Assembly (NCBI GenBank): GCA_965223345.1
Contig: CBDCWG010000012.1
Location: 1,024,001-1,088,000 of the forward strand
DNA length: 64,000 nucleotides
Reading direction: 5' to 3'
From: Nitrospinales bacterium
Lineage (GTDB): Bacteria > Nitrospinota > Nitrospinia > Nitrospinales > VA-1
The notes beneath the pieces are model-generated. The model made no database searches and was not told the origin of the DNA. It saw nothing but the letters and a program-made list of their open reading frames with translations. Both the position numbers and the translations under genes were made by a program. The first letter of the stretch is position 1. Every line of letters begins with the position of its first letter. Positions 1 through 9,010 of the stretch are shown here, piece by piece.

Positions 1-375
1 AATCGTGTTGCAAGTATTTTCTTTCTGGGCGTCCGTGATCAACAACTGCACCAGTCTTTTGGGGACCCCCTCTAAAACACCTATATGAATGGGCGATCGC
101 CGGGAAGTGGTTTGATGGCTCATCACCTCTGAAAGCTCGTCTCCCAATTGGAATATATGGTTTGCATAATCCAGGGCCACCTTCCCCGCTTCGGTGAGAT
201 GCAGCTTTTTATTCTTCCGCTCGAACAACTTTTGCTGAAAGTGAGTCTCCAACTGTTTTAATTGAATACTCAGAGCAGAATGCCCTAATCGCAGTTTTTG
301 CGAAGCCCCAGCAAGGCTTCCCTCCCGCGCGATATTCCAGAAATAGAATAAATGCTGATAGTTGAGCCAGTTCAT
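1..375 (-). CDS. LysR-family transcriptional regulator, NhaR-like (runs off the left edge)
   Basis: Not in the ORF track. Manual translation gives MNWLNYQHLFYFWNIAREGSLAGASQKLRLGHSALSIQLKQLE...LFERKNKKLHLTEAG, a LysR HTH N-terminus of the NhaR type. Confidence 0.9.
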   Translation of the reverse strand, partial: MNWLNYQHLFYFWNIAREGSLAGASQKLRLGHSALSIQLKQLETHFQQKLFERKNKKLHLTEAGKVALDYANHIFQLGDELSEVMSHQTTSRRSPIHIGVLEGVPKRLVQLLITDAQKENTCNTI

Positions 376-392
376 TCCCCTCTCCATATAGT

Positions 393-405
393 TTGATTTA
401 ATCAA
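393..405. promoter_or_regulatory. Candidate LysR box (T-N11-A dyad)
   Basis: TTGATTTAATCAA, a near-perfect dyad, lies between the divergent LysR gene and ORF 529-843. Confidence 0.5.
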
Positions 406-528
406 CTAATAATACATATTTTATCAAAAAAACCAAACTATTTCCCCTGCATCCTATCAAGTAGGAGAGGTGAAGAGGATATTAGCCTCAAAATACAAAC
501 AAAAAACTTCTGGAAAGGCGGTGCAATC

Positions 529-843
529 ATGAAACGATTATTCATTCCCTTAATGGCTTTATTGGTGATGTTCTTGGTCGCTGGTACGGTTCAAGCTGCC
601 ACTCCCTTGGCTGAGCCGTTTGCAACGGAGGAATGGTATTTGGTTGAAACTGAAGAGGAAGCTCCCGCAACTTGCCACGCATGTGTGACAGAGTACAAAT
701 TTGTCGATCCGGTTGTCGAGGAAGACTGGTATCTGATGGACAACCCGATTGAGGAAAAAGTGGCTGAAAAAGAAGTGGTTCAAGAAGTTGTGGAACCCAC
801 ACTTGAGGGAGAAATGGAAAACGACGCTTGGTATCTGCGTTGA
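529..843 (+). CDS. Small secreted acidic protein with three WYL motifs and a CxxC
   Basis: Signal peptide ending VQA; EEWYL, EDWYL, DAWYL; CHAC. RBS-like aaggcggt upstream and a terminator downstream. Confidence 0.8.
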   Translation: MKRLFIPLMALLVMFLVAGTVQAATPLAEPFATEEWYLVETEEEAPATCHACVTEYKFVDPVVEEDWYLMDNPIEEKVAEKEVVQEVVEPTLEGEMENDAWYLR

Positions 844-887
844 TATTTAGAATGAGGAGTTAGAGAAATAAGTACCACATGATTGAG

Positions 888-917
888 GAGGGAGGTGAAT
901 TCACCTCCCTCTTTTTT
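888..917 (+). terminator. Rho-independent terminator
   Basis: Palindrome gagggaggtgaa/ttcacctccctc followed by a T run. Confidence 0.8.
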
Positions 918-1019
918 ATTCTACCCAAGCCCTTTTCTATAGGATGATCCCAAGCATCTCCTCTCCCCCCGCCAAAGTGAACTGGAAAATTGTTGAATCC
1001 TGGCAAATGCAACTGGCTT

Positions 1020-1751
1020 CTACTTATGGGAAGAAATAATGATCAGCGCAATGATGATTCCGGCAGCAAGGGTGAGCAAACTGAATCGCTTCCGCTCTTT
1101 TTCAGCCTGGGGAAGGAGATGGGTTGCCCCGACATAAATCAGCGTTCCCCCCGAAAATGCCAGGAGGTTTCCCAGGAAGGAATGATCAATTTGGCTGATG
1201 AAAGGATAGGAAACAAGGGCCCCCAGTGGTGTGCTCAGCGCCGCAGCCAAAAAGGCGAGAAACAACGACTTTTTTTCACTGAAGCCCGCATGCAACAGCA
1301 AAAGATACGTGACGATTCCCTCAGGAAATTCATGGAGAACCATCCCAATCGTTGTGAGAATACCCGTAAAAAGACTCGCTGTGTATGTGATCGAATAGAT
1401 CACTCCGTCGATAAAAGAGTGAAAACCGATTCCCAGCATCGGGATGAGCCCCATCGTGATACGTGCTGCAGGATCGCGTTGGCAGACGAACGCGGTGATA
1501 ACCCTGTTGAATAAATGCAGAAAGAAAAACCCGATCAGAAGAAATACAGGGGCCCGCGGATTCATCATTATTGATTCAGGTGCGATGTGTAGAAATGAAA
1601 CCGAAATCAGCACTCCGGCAGCGAAGCATATGAAATAGATGGTATTTCTCCGGCCCCACGGTTCATAATGGCGGATCGTGAGTATGCCCAATGAAGTCAC
1701 CAAAGCCGCCAGCGAGCTAGCACCGATAACGACCCCAAACTGGTTTTCCAT
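1020..1751 (-). CDS. ZIP-family divalent metal transporter
   Basis: FAAGVLISVSFLHIAPE, HSFIDG and LHEFPEG motifs; multiple TM segments. Confidence 0.9.
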   Translation of the reverse strand: MENQFGVVIGASSLAALVTSLGILTIRHYEPWGRRNTIYFICFAAGVLISVSFLHIAPESIMMNPRAPVFLLIGFFFLHLFNRVITAFVCQRDPAARITMGLIPMLGIGFHSFIDGVIYSITYTASLFTGILTTIGMVLHEFPEGIVTYLLLLHAGFSEKKSLFLAFLAAALSTPLGALVSYPFISQIDHSFLGNLLAFSGGTLIYVGATHLLPQAEKERKRFSLLTLAAGIIIALIIISSHK

Positions 1752-1858
1752 TCAGGAACCTCAAAAAGGTCGGGGCGCACCACCTATCAAAGATCTAAAG
1801 ACCGGTCTCATAGTTCCCCATAATTATTCATTGCCTTTTTTTGAAAGAATTCAACTCT

Positions 1859-2278
1859 CTATTTGACATCGATGATGATCGTGTCACTGATAGGAGGGTC
1901 GTAGGGCACATGGTTTCCTCTTGCAAACAGGGTCCGGATGAAATGTCTACCCGTTGTCAATGTCAAAGTCTTACAGGCAGACCCGTCTCCCATATGGATG
2001 TAGCGGGAATCCATTGCAAGTGGCTTGGCCATCCCAAAACTGCTCGGGATATCGATGTCCACAAGGAGGTGGTGGTGTCCTTTTCCTTCATTCACGCCGT
2101 TTTTAGCGGGTTCCACAACAAGACCATAGGCTTCTATGCAAAACTCCACGGGGTTGGAGACGACAGCCAAATGTTTAGGTTTTACAATTTTCACAGCCCG
2201 ATCCGCAAATGCATTGGATGTTGACACTACAAATACAATTCCAAAATTAATCACTACAACTACAATAAGTTTTTTCAT
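1859..2278 (-). CDS. Secreted DUF4399-like protein
   Basis: Signal peptide; GHHHLLVD and IHMGDGS motifs. Confidence 0.7.
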   Translation of the reverse strand: MKKLIVVVVINFGIVFVVSTSNAFADRAVKIVKPKHLAVVSNPVEFCIEAYGLVVEPAKNGVNEGKGHHHLLVDIDIPSSFGMAKPLAMDSRYIHMGDGSACKTLTLTTGRHFIRTLFARGNHVPYDPPISDTIIIDVK

Positions 2279-2296
2279 ACCAAGTACTCCCTTTGA

Positions 2297-2827
2297 TCAT
2301 TCTGCCAGTTCCCTGAGATAAAGAACCAATTGCCAAATCTGCTCATCTTTCAATTTATTGAAAGCCATCATGCCTGTCCCTGGTGATCCGTTTTTAATGA
2401 TCCAGAACAGCTGGCCATCTGGAACCCCTTTAATGGTTTCGGCGCAGGTGAAATTTCTGGGCGGGGGCTTGAAACCACGAGACATCGGACCGCGGCCGTC
2501 TCCTTCAACACCGTGACAATGCTTGCAAGGCATGGGCTTGGATTTTGTTTCGTATAAAAGCTTTCCATTTTTGATGTGTTCCGGGGAGGGCTTAAGTGGA
2601 TTGACTTGGTGGTAGATATCATCCGGGGCCTTGTCGGTAAACCGGGGCTGGGGGCAATCCGGACGATCGCTTATCGCATTCACAGATGGTGCAAGTGCCA
2701 AGGTTAAACCCAGTGAAAAAGCCAGAACAAGAGGAGGGATCCTGATATAAAAATGACTATCTGGAAATTCCAGCACAATCCTTTTCAATGATCCATGCCA
2801 ACTACTTCTATCGGAGTTCTTTTTCAT
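2297..2827 (-). CDS. Monoheme cytochrome c (CPQ...NFTC domain); true start may be downstream
   Basis: CKHCH heme motif; GSPGTGM distal Met; hydrophobic signal segment. Confidence 0.88.
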   Translation of the reverse strand: MKKNSDRSSWHGSLKRIVLEFPDSHFYIRIPPLVLAFSLGLTLALAPSVNAISDRPDCPQPRFTDKAPDDIYHQVNPLKPSPEHIKNGKLLYETKSKPMPCKHCHGVEGDGRGPMSRGFKPPPRNFTCAETIKGVPDGQLFWIIKNGSPGTGMMAFNKLKDEQIWQLVLYLRELAE

Positions 2828-2948
2828 TTTGGTTGCCTCGCATTATCCCACTGTCGCCTTTACAAAACAGATCGTCGTCTTTGCCCAAAAAAATTATAGA
2901 AGAGGACCACGTGACCTAAAGGAAGGATCAAGTGCTTTCCTCAAGTGG

Positions 2949-4379
2949 TTATTTTGCAAAATCTCTGATGTAAAGGATCAACTGCCACACTTCTTTGTCC
3001 TTAAGGTTTTTGAAAGCAGGCATGGCGGTCCCCGGAGAGCCTTCGCGGGTGATTCCAAACATCTGGCCATCAGAAATATCTTTCATGGTCGATGCGCATG
3101 TGAAGTTTCGAGGGGCCGGGCTGATACCCGCTCCTCCGGGACCTTTTCCATCACCGCGTTTTCCGTGGCAGAGCTGACAGGCCATGGGTTTGGCCGTTTT
3201 CTGATACAGTTCTTCTCCCGCTTTCAGGTTGGCGGGGGTCGGCTTTAAGGGATTTTTCTTGCTCTTGTATTTGAAGGAGACCGCTTTTGTGGTTCGTTTT
3301 TGGGGGCAGTCACCAAGAGCTTTTTTACCCGGCGCTGCTGCCATTTCTTCTCCCCCCTTGAAGGTTTCCCGCATGTAAGCGATGACATCCGCAACGCCCT
3401 GGTCCCCAATGGTGAGTCCCCAATACGGCATGTAGGGGGATTTCCCAACGCCTTTGCCACCGTAATAGACCACGTTGTAAAGGTAATCCATGGGGAATTG
3501 ATCCAATGCCATCTTGGCGTGGATAGCGGGTTTGGGTTCCAGCCCCGAAGCGGCCGGGCCATCGCCTTCTCCTTTTTCCCCATGACACTGCATGCAGTAT
3601 TCTTTGTAGACAACCTTTCCACGTCCGGCATCAGCATTTTTGAAATATTCACTTTTCCAGGGTTCATAAAATTTAAAACTGTCATCCCCTTCCGTTGCTA
3701 GAAAACCGGTGATATAGTGAAGACCCAGCTCGCTCACATCTGCCACAAACTCTCCGCTGTGAGGAACGAAATCCGGCGGCATTGAATTGAAGCGGAGAAT
3801 CCAGTCTTTGTTCAAACGTTTTCCCGAATTGAACATTGATGTGCTCTGAGGGCCACCCATTTTTTTGCCGTCATCCATGATCTGATGACAGCCGGTACAG
3901 GAATGCTCTATAAATAACTGCCTGCCAAAAGAAGCTTGGAGTTCCGTGAAATGGGATAGATCGATGGCATCTTTTTTTACTCTGGGATCAACCAAATTAT
4001 TCTTAATATAGTCCGCCACCGCTTCGGCATTCTCTTTTGATAAAGCTAGATGTTTTTTCGGTTGCCGTGATTCATCCCATCGGTAATTTTTCTGATAAAT
4101 ATTTTCTTCATTACCCGTCAAGAAACTTACGAGCCAGGGACGCTTGAACTTAACCCCCGCCCACATCAAATCCGGGGCTTTTAATTCAAATCTGGATTTC
4201 GCTTCACCTGTGATTCGATGACAAACCGTGCATTGCTCCTGAACGATTTTTTCTCCTTTCTCAGCTTGACCGGCAAAAACCACACCCGGAATGAAGAAGG
4301 TAAATAGGAGTATGAGAATGAACCCGTTTTTACTGGTATTGTAATTTCGTAATAATTTAATTTTCTGTTTCATTTTCAC
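2949..4379 (-). CDS. Tetraheme multidomain cytochrome c
   Basis: CTVCH, CTGCH, CMQCH and CQLCH motifs; signal peptide. Confidence 0.92.
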   Translation of the reverse strand: MKMKQKIKLLRNYNTSKNGFILILLFTFFIPGVVFAGQAEKGEKIVQEQCTVCHRITGEAKSRFELKAPDLMWAGVKFKRPWLVSFLTGNEENIYQKNYRWDESRQPKKHLALSKENAEAVADYIKNNLVDPRVKKDAIDLSHFTELQASFGRQLFIEHSCTGCHQIMDDGKKMGGPQSTSMFNSGKRLNKDWILRFNSMPPDFVPHSGEFVADVSELGLHYITGFLATEGDDSFKFYEPWKSEYFKNADAGRGKVVYKEYCMQCHGEKGEGDGPAASGLEPKPAIHAKMALDQFPMDYLYNVVYYGGKGVGKSPYMPYWGLTIGDQGVADVIAYMRETFKGGEEMAAAPGKKALGDCPQKRTTKAVSFKYKSKKNPLKPTPANLKAGEELYQKTAKPMACQLCHGKRGDGKGPGGAGISPAPRNFTCASTMKDISDGQMFGITREGSPGTAMPAFKNLKDKEVWQLILYIRDFAK

Positions 4380-4415
4380 TTCTCCGTGTCAAGTGAATTG
4401 GAATACGTACATTAT

Positions 4416-5192
4416 TCATTTTGCTCTGGCTAGAGAGCGAATATGAAGAACCAGTTTCCAGACTTCTTCGTCGCTCAAATTTGAAAATGCGGGCATTCCT
4501 GTCCCCGGAGATCCATTTTTGATGATCCAGAACAATTGCCCGTCCGGAATGGATTGCATGGTTTGTGCACAGGTAAAATTTCGAGGAGGAGGCGTCAATG
4601 CCCCTCCCATCATTCCCAGACCGTCTCCGCTGGGTCCGTGGCAGGTCGTGCAGGTCGGCTGGGCGTCCAGTTGAAAAAGCAATCTTCCGTTTTCAATATT
4701 ATCCGGCGATGTTTCCAGCGGATTGGCTTGGTTTAGAATCGGTTCCGGGGCCTGTGCGGTAGAACGGGGCTGCGGGCATTCAGCGGTCTCATCGCCGCTG
4801 CCGTGATGCATGCCATGCCGCCCGCCATGGTGCATGCCGTGCCCCATGCCACCCATTCCACGGCCACCGTGGTGGCCTTTACCACGCCCCATATGGTGGC
4901 CGCCGCGCCCCTGTCGGCCCATGCCATGATGACGCTCACCATCCCGGCAACAGGTCTCGCCTTCATATTCATCCTCGTATTCTTCACGATTATTGGCAAG
5001 AAACTGCCTTTCAGCCGGAATTTTCTTCATGGTCGTCGAAGGGAGGATCTGCTGATGCTTATTTTGCATGATAGAGGTTCCCACTGGATTCTCCGCCGCT
5101 ACAGCAAGAGTCGAGAGTAAGAAAAACGCTCCAGACGCCATCAAAAATGTGAAACGGAATGGATTCGTGATCCTCCTTGAGTTGCAGTTCAT
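4416..5192 (-). CDS. Monoheme cytochrome c with His/Gly/Met-rich N-terminal linker
   Basis: CTTCH; GGHHMGRGKGHHGGRGMGGMGHGMHHGG tract; signal peptide. Confidence 0.88.
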   Translation of the reverse strand: MNCNSRRITNPFRFTFLMASGAFFLLSTLAVAAENPVGTSIMQNKHQQILPSTTMKKIPAERQFLANNREEYEDEYEGETCCRDGERHHGMGRQGRGGHHMGRGKGHHGGRGMGGMGHGMHHGGRHGMHHGSGDETAECPQPRSTAQAPEPILNQANPLETSPDNIENGRLLFQLDAQPTCTTCHGPSGDGLGMMGGALTPPPRNFTCAQTMQSIPDGQLFWIIKNGSPGTGMPAFSNLSDEEVWKLVLHIRSLARAK

Positions 5193-5430
5193 GGAATCTC
5201 CTTGTTCATCGTAAACGATTATTTCAACCCATAACCAGGGCGCGTATGGCTAAGCCCTGCAAAACGATGGAGGTTCCTGTGAAGGAAACGACCACCGCCG
5301 ATTGCTTTTTATTGATCTGGTACGCGACCACAATGAAATTCATAAACATAGAAGAGAGAATAAAATAGAACGGATACTGGCTCATTGTGTGCATCCTTAT
5401 AAGTTTGAACGGCTTCGAAAAAGAAAGGTT

Positions 5431-5991
5431 CTATTGCTTCCGCTCCCAGCGTTCCAGCATCACGAAAACCACTGCAGCGGCTAGCGTGAGCAACGCAAGA
5501 AACCACCAGGGGGAAAGTTGGGTGAGCGTGGGCAAAGTCGCCTTTCCCAAATCCCCGACCCCCAATACACCGGATTTCATTGAGGGATAGGCCTCAGCAA
5601 AGATGGCCGCTCCCACCAGCATGCCCAAAACGCCAAACAGGGCATGGCGGGAACCGTCGCCAAGCGCCGCCACTCCTGTGCCGGGGCAGTAACCCAACAA
5701 AGCCATACCGACGCCGAAGATCATGCCTCCCAAAGCATTGCCCAGGAGGGCTGCATTTTTGATATGCAGGGAAACATCCCAGCTCATGGCCCGCATGCCA
5801 TAGATTCCGATGCCACCGACGAGTATGGCTGTGAGCATGATTTTCAATACCGTGAAATCTTTCAGCAGAAACTGCCCGACAATGACGCTATACCGGGTGA
5901 CGCCTCCTTTTTGCAGCAGGAAACCAAAAAGGAAACCTGTGAACGCACCCAAAAGCAGAGTATTTGGATCTGCAAAGAAATGCTCAAACAT
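5431..5991 (-). CDS. YeeE/YedE-family sulfur-compound transporter, half-size subunit
   Basis: GFLFGFLLQKGG and LGYCPGT motifs. ATG at 5991 with RBS GGAGGT overlaps the upstream gene. Confidence 0.88.
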   Translation of the reverse strand: MFEHFFADPNTLLLGAFTGFLFGFLLQKGGVTRYSVIVGQFLLKDFTVLKIMLTAILVGGIGIYGMRAMSWDVSLHIKNAALLGNALGGMIFGVGMALLGYCPGTGVAALGDGSRHALFGVLGMLVGAAIFAEAYPSMKSGVLGVGDLGKATLPTLTQLSPWWFLALLTLAAAVVFVMLERWERKQ

Positions 5992-6538
5992 GATCACCTC
6001 CACTTTTTCCGAAAAGCAAAAACGCAGTCATGATGCCTGCAGCAAATAAGGAAAGAAAAAACACCCAGGAAGATAAAGCGAGCTGCAACCCGCCTGAGAT
6101 GCCATGTCCCGAAGTACACCCTCCCGCCAGCCGGGCCCCAAACATAATGATCACGCCCCCAAGAAATGCCATCCCATAACGAAACCATTTGGAAGGGCCG
6201 AACCGCCATACCCACAATTTCGGAACCCTCTCGTGAAACCGGGTGCGCGCGCACCGGGCAGCGGCTAACGCGCCGAATGGAAGCATCACCACCAAAGCGA
6301 ACTGCCATTCAAAAGTCGGCTTGGGCTTTTCAGGGGTTCCCAGATATTTGACAAAATAAGGGTTGGCATTCACATGTCCAGAGGCCACGATCTTTTCAGC
6401 CGCTCCCACAGCACGGACAAATGTGGTCGATACTCCAAGAGCTTTCCCCATAAAGGCAAAGGTGACCCATGAAAGAATTCCTATTGCTGCCCCAACCCAA
6501 TAGGGAGACCAACGGGACTGACTCAATATTGATGACAT
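5984..6538 (-). CDS. YeeE/YedE-family sulfur-compound transporter, half-size subunit
   Basis: WSPY..G and GARLAGGCTSGHG motifs. Confidence 0.9.
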   Translation of the reverse strand: MSSILSQSRWSPYWVGAAIGILSWVTFAFMGKALGVSTTFVRAVGAAEKIVASGHVNANPYFVKYLGTPEKPKPTFEWQFALVVMLPFGALAAARCARTRFHERVPKLWVWRFGPSKWFRYGMAFLGGVIIMFGARLAGGCTSGHGISGGLQLALSSWVFFLSLFAAGIMTAFLLFGKSGGDHV

Positions 6539-6619
6539 TTCTTATGCCCTTTCCATGTAGTCTTTTAAATAGTTGCCCAGATACGTGAAAGAAGTGGCAC
6601 TAAACTCTGAGCAATAAGA

Positions 6620-7648
6620 TCATTCGAAAGACGGTGGAAGTTCTGGAAGGGAAATGATAATCGGGTCACCTTCCAGTGCTTTCATGAATTCCACAAGATC
6701 CTTTTTTTCCTGAGTTGTCAATCCCAGTGGGGTGATGAATGGGCTCCGATTTTCTTCCACATCCCCGCCCCGGTCATAAAATTCGACCACTTCTTCCAAT
6801 GTTGCCTCACTGCCGTTGTGCATGTAGGGTGTACTCCGGGTGATATGCCGCAGCCCCGGGGTTTTGAAAGCGCCTTTGTCGAAATCTTCTTTGGTCACGT
6901 TGTATCGTCCCAGATCTTCTTTTAAGGGACCGTGTTGCTTGACTCCAATATTGTGAAAACGACTGTCTGTAAAAGCCGGTCCATTGTGGCAGATGGAGCA
7001 CTTGGCTTTTCCGAAAAACAGTTTCATGCCGTTGAGCGCCGAGGAGGACATTGCCGTCTTGTCTCCTGCGAAGTATTTATCGTAAGGAGCATTTTTTGAA
7101 ACCACAGACCGCTCAAAGGTTGCGATTGCCTTTGCAAGGTTTATTTCTGTAATGCCTTCTTTAGGAAACACTTGTTTGAACATACGTACATACCCTGGAA
7201 TAGCCTTAAGTTCTTTAACCAGTTCTCCAAGATCTTGCTTCATTTCAACCTGGGAGCTGATTGGCCCTAGAGCCTGCTCTTCTAGAGATTTGGCGCGGCC
7301 GTCCCAGAATTGAGCATCAAAATAACCGCTGTTGATGATCGTGGGAGAATGCCGGTCCAGTTCTTTTTGACCATGTCCGTTCGGGCGCGGAAGCCCGTCG
7401 CTCCACCCCAGTCCCGGATGATGACAGGTCATGCAACTGATCCAATTGCTTTCTGACAACCGGGGATCAAAGTAAAGCATTCTGCCAAGATCTTCTTTTT
7501 CCTTTGACCAGGGGTTGTCCTGAGGGTGTTTCATTTCCGGCAACGGTTCATAAAATTCCTTCAATTCTTCAAATTCTCCTGCTTGTGAAATACCTGTCAT
7601 AATTGCTAAGAAAATAGAGATCATCCAAATTCTGCAGCAAGTATTCAT
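6620..7648 (-). CDS. Diheme cytochrome c peroxidase / MauG-family enzyme
   Basis: LGRMLYFDPRLS, CMTCH, QFWDGRA, CSICH, FKTPGLR and PYMHNG motifs. Confidence 0.93.
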   Translation of the reverse strand: MNTCCRIWMISIFLAIMTGISQAGEFEELKEFYEPLPEMKHPQDNPWSKEKEDLGRMLYFDPRLSESNWISCMTCHHPGLGWSDGLPRPNGHGQKELDRHSPTIINSGYFDAQFWDGRAKSLEEQALGPISSQVEMKQDLGELVKELKAIPGYVRMFKQVFPKEGITEINLAKAIATFERSVVSKNAPYDKYFAGDKTAMSSSALNGMKLFFGKAKCSICHNGPAFTDSRFHNIGVKQHGPLKEDLGRYNVTKEDFDKGAFKTPGLRHITRSTPYMHNGSEATLEEVVEFYDRGGDVEENRSPFITPLGLTTQEKKDLVEFMKALEGDPIIISLPELPPSFE

Positions 7649-7733
7649 CGGAAATGGTCCTTTCGTATTTCATTTATGACTAATTAAATGGAAACGGCTT
7701 TTTAGCGCTCTTAAGTTCAGGCTGGCAAAATAT

Positions 7734-8342
7734 TTATTGATTCGAATAGGATATGGAATAGACTCCTCGCAAGTCTCCGGGAGAAAATCCAAACGCCCGA
7801 TCCTCCGGATATTTATTTTTAATAAAATCCGGCCGTTTTTCCTTTTCACCATGGCAATTCAGACAAGCGGACTCAACGGTGATACGTTTAAAATAGCGAA
7901 ATCCATCCTTTCCGGACCTTGAATCTACTGTCCAGAATCCTTGCAAATCCGGCTCCTTTTCAAACTTCTCCATCGCTTTCAGAGCTTCAGGGTCGGCCTT
8001 GTTTCTGGAATTGCGATATTTTTTTGCCAATTGGCGAAACTCCCAGTCATTTTCCTTAGCGATTTTTTTAGCCCGCATACCCACCGGTTTGCAAACCATG
8101 GAAAATGTTTCCTGATCGACATCCATTTTTTCTGAATCGATGGTTCCGGCTAGCGCGGACCTCATCGCATCGATTTCCTCGGCAACCCGAACCGCATCCG
8201 CAAGCTTTCCTGCATCGATCCGCTCTACTATAGGCTCAGAATGGACCAAGGGATGAGAAAAACTCAAAAGACAAAGGGTAATAAGAAATATTCCTGAGAT
8301 CGATTTTGATACCACTTTTAAAGTAGCCATAATGAGATTCAA
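7734..8342 (-). CDS. Tll0287-like (DUF3365) c-type heme protein
   Basis: VCKPVG, KYRNSRNKAD, CLNCH and YPEDRAFGFSPGDLRG motifs. Confidence 0.85.
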   Translation of the reverse strand: MNLIMATLKVVSKSISGIFLITLCLLSFSHPLVHSEPIVERIDAGKLADAVRVAEEIDAMRSALAGTIDSEKMDVDQETFSMVCKPVGMRAKKIAKENDWEFRQLAKKYRNSRNKADPEALKAMEKFEKEPDLQGFWTVDSRSGKDGFRYFKRITVESACLNCHGEKEKRPDFIKNKYPEDRAFGFSPGDLRGVYSISYSNQ

Positions 8343-8410
8343 ATTAGAGAGAGGCGGTCAACCAAACAAACTCAATCGATCACTGTCCTCAGTGGAAAGA
8401 AAAATTTTGT

Positions 8411-8956
8411 TCAATGATCTCTTTTTTCAAAATATTCATCGTATCGATGGACAAAATCCTTGCTCTCGCCTAATGGCAGATGGCAACCCCGGCACGTGGT
8501 GTAATCCGTGTTCGGGAGGGGTTTGCCATCGGGAGAAAATGCGGTATAAATCCAGTCTCCGTTCTGCAATCCCTCAGGAGCATTTTTGCCCCATCCGGCC
8601 CCCTACTCCATCACGTAAACCTTGACCAGATTGTCTTTGGCATTCCTGCCGTCCGGTCATTTGATCGCGTTGCCGGCAGCGTCTTTTTTGGCGTTGTAGA
8701 TTTCCATGACCAGAATCGAGCCATTGGGAAACATCCCTCCCTTTTGAGTTTTCGCTCCAGTAGGATTGACGAACAACTCGCGTATATGCTTGGGTTTCTG
8801 CACCGCTTTTAGAAAGGTGGGGTAGGTGTTGTAATTTGATGGAAAGCTGAGTTCTCCGTCCTTGGGGGATGAGCCGGACTGAGCGGTTTCTGTCTGTAGC
8901 ATCGTTGCGCAACCGATAACCATAAAGGCCAAGCAGAATAAACTTACCTTTTTCAT
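8411..8956 (-). pseudogene. Cytochrome P460 / c'-beta family lipoprotein with two in-frame stops
   Basis: The frame of ORF 8657-8956 continues past TGA (8657-8659) and TAG (8603-8605): ...AIK*PDGRNAKDNLVKVYVME*GAGWG...GDWIYTAF...CRGCH...DFVHRYDEYFEKRDH*. FPNGSILVME motif and a C-terminal CxxCH. Confidence 0.85.
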
Positions 8957-9010
8957 CTTGTCCTCCTGAAGATTAAAATAAAAAGAGTAACTCCTTATTT
9001 TGCGCAGTGC

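Noticed and set aside
8603..8659. Selenocysteine/pyrrolysine recoding of the two in-frame stops
   Set aside because: The positions are not Cys-like catalytic sites, no recoding machinery is in view, and single substitutions explain both stops.
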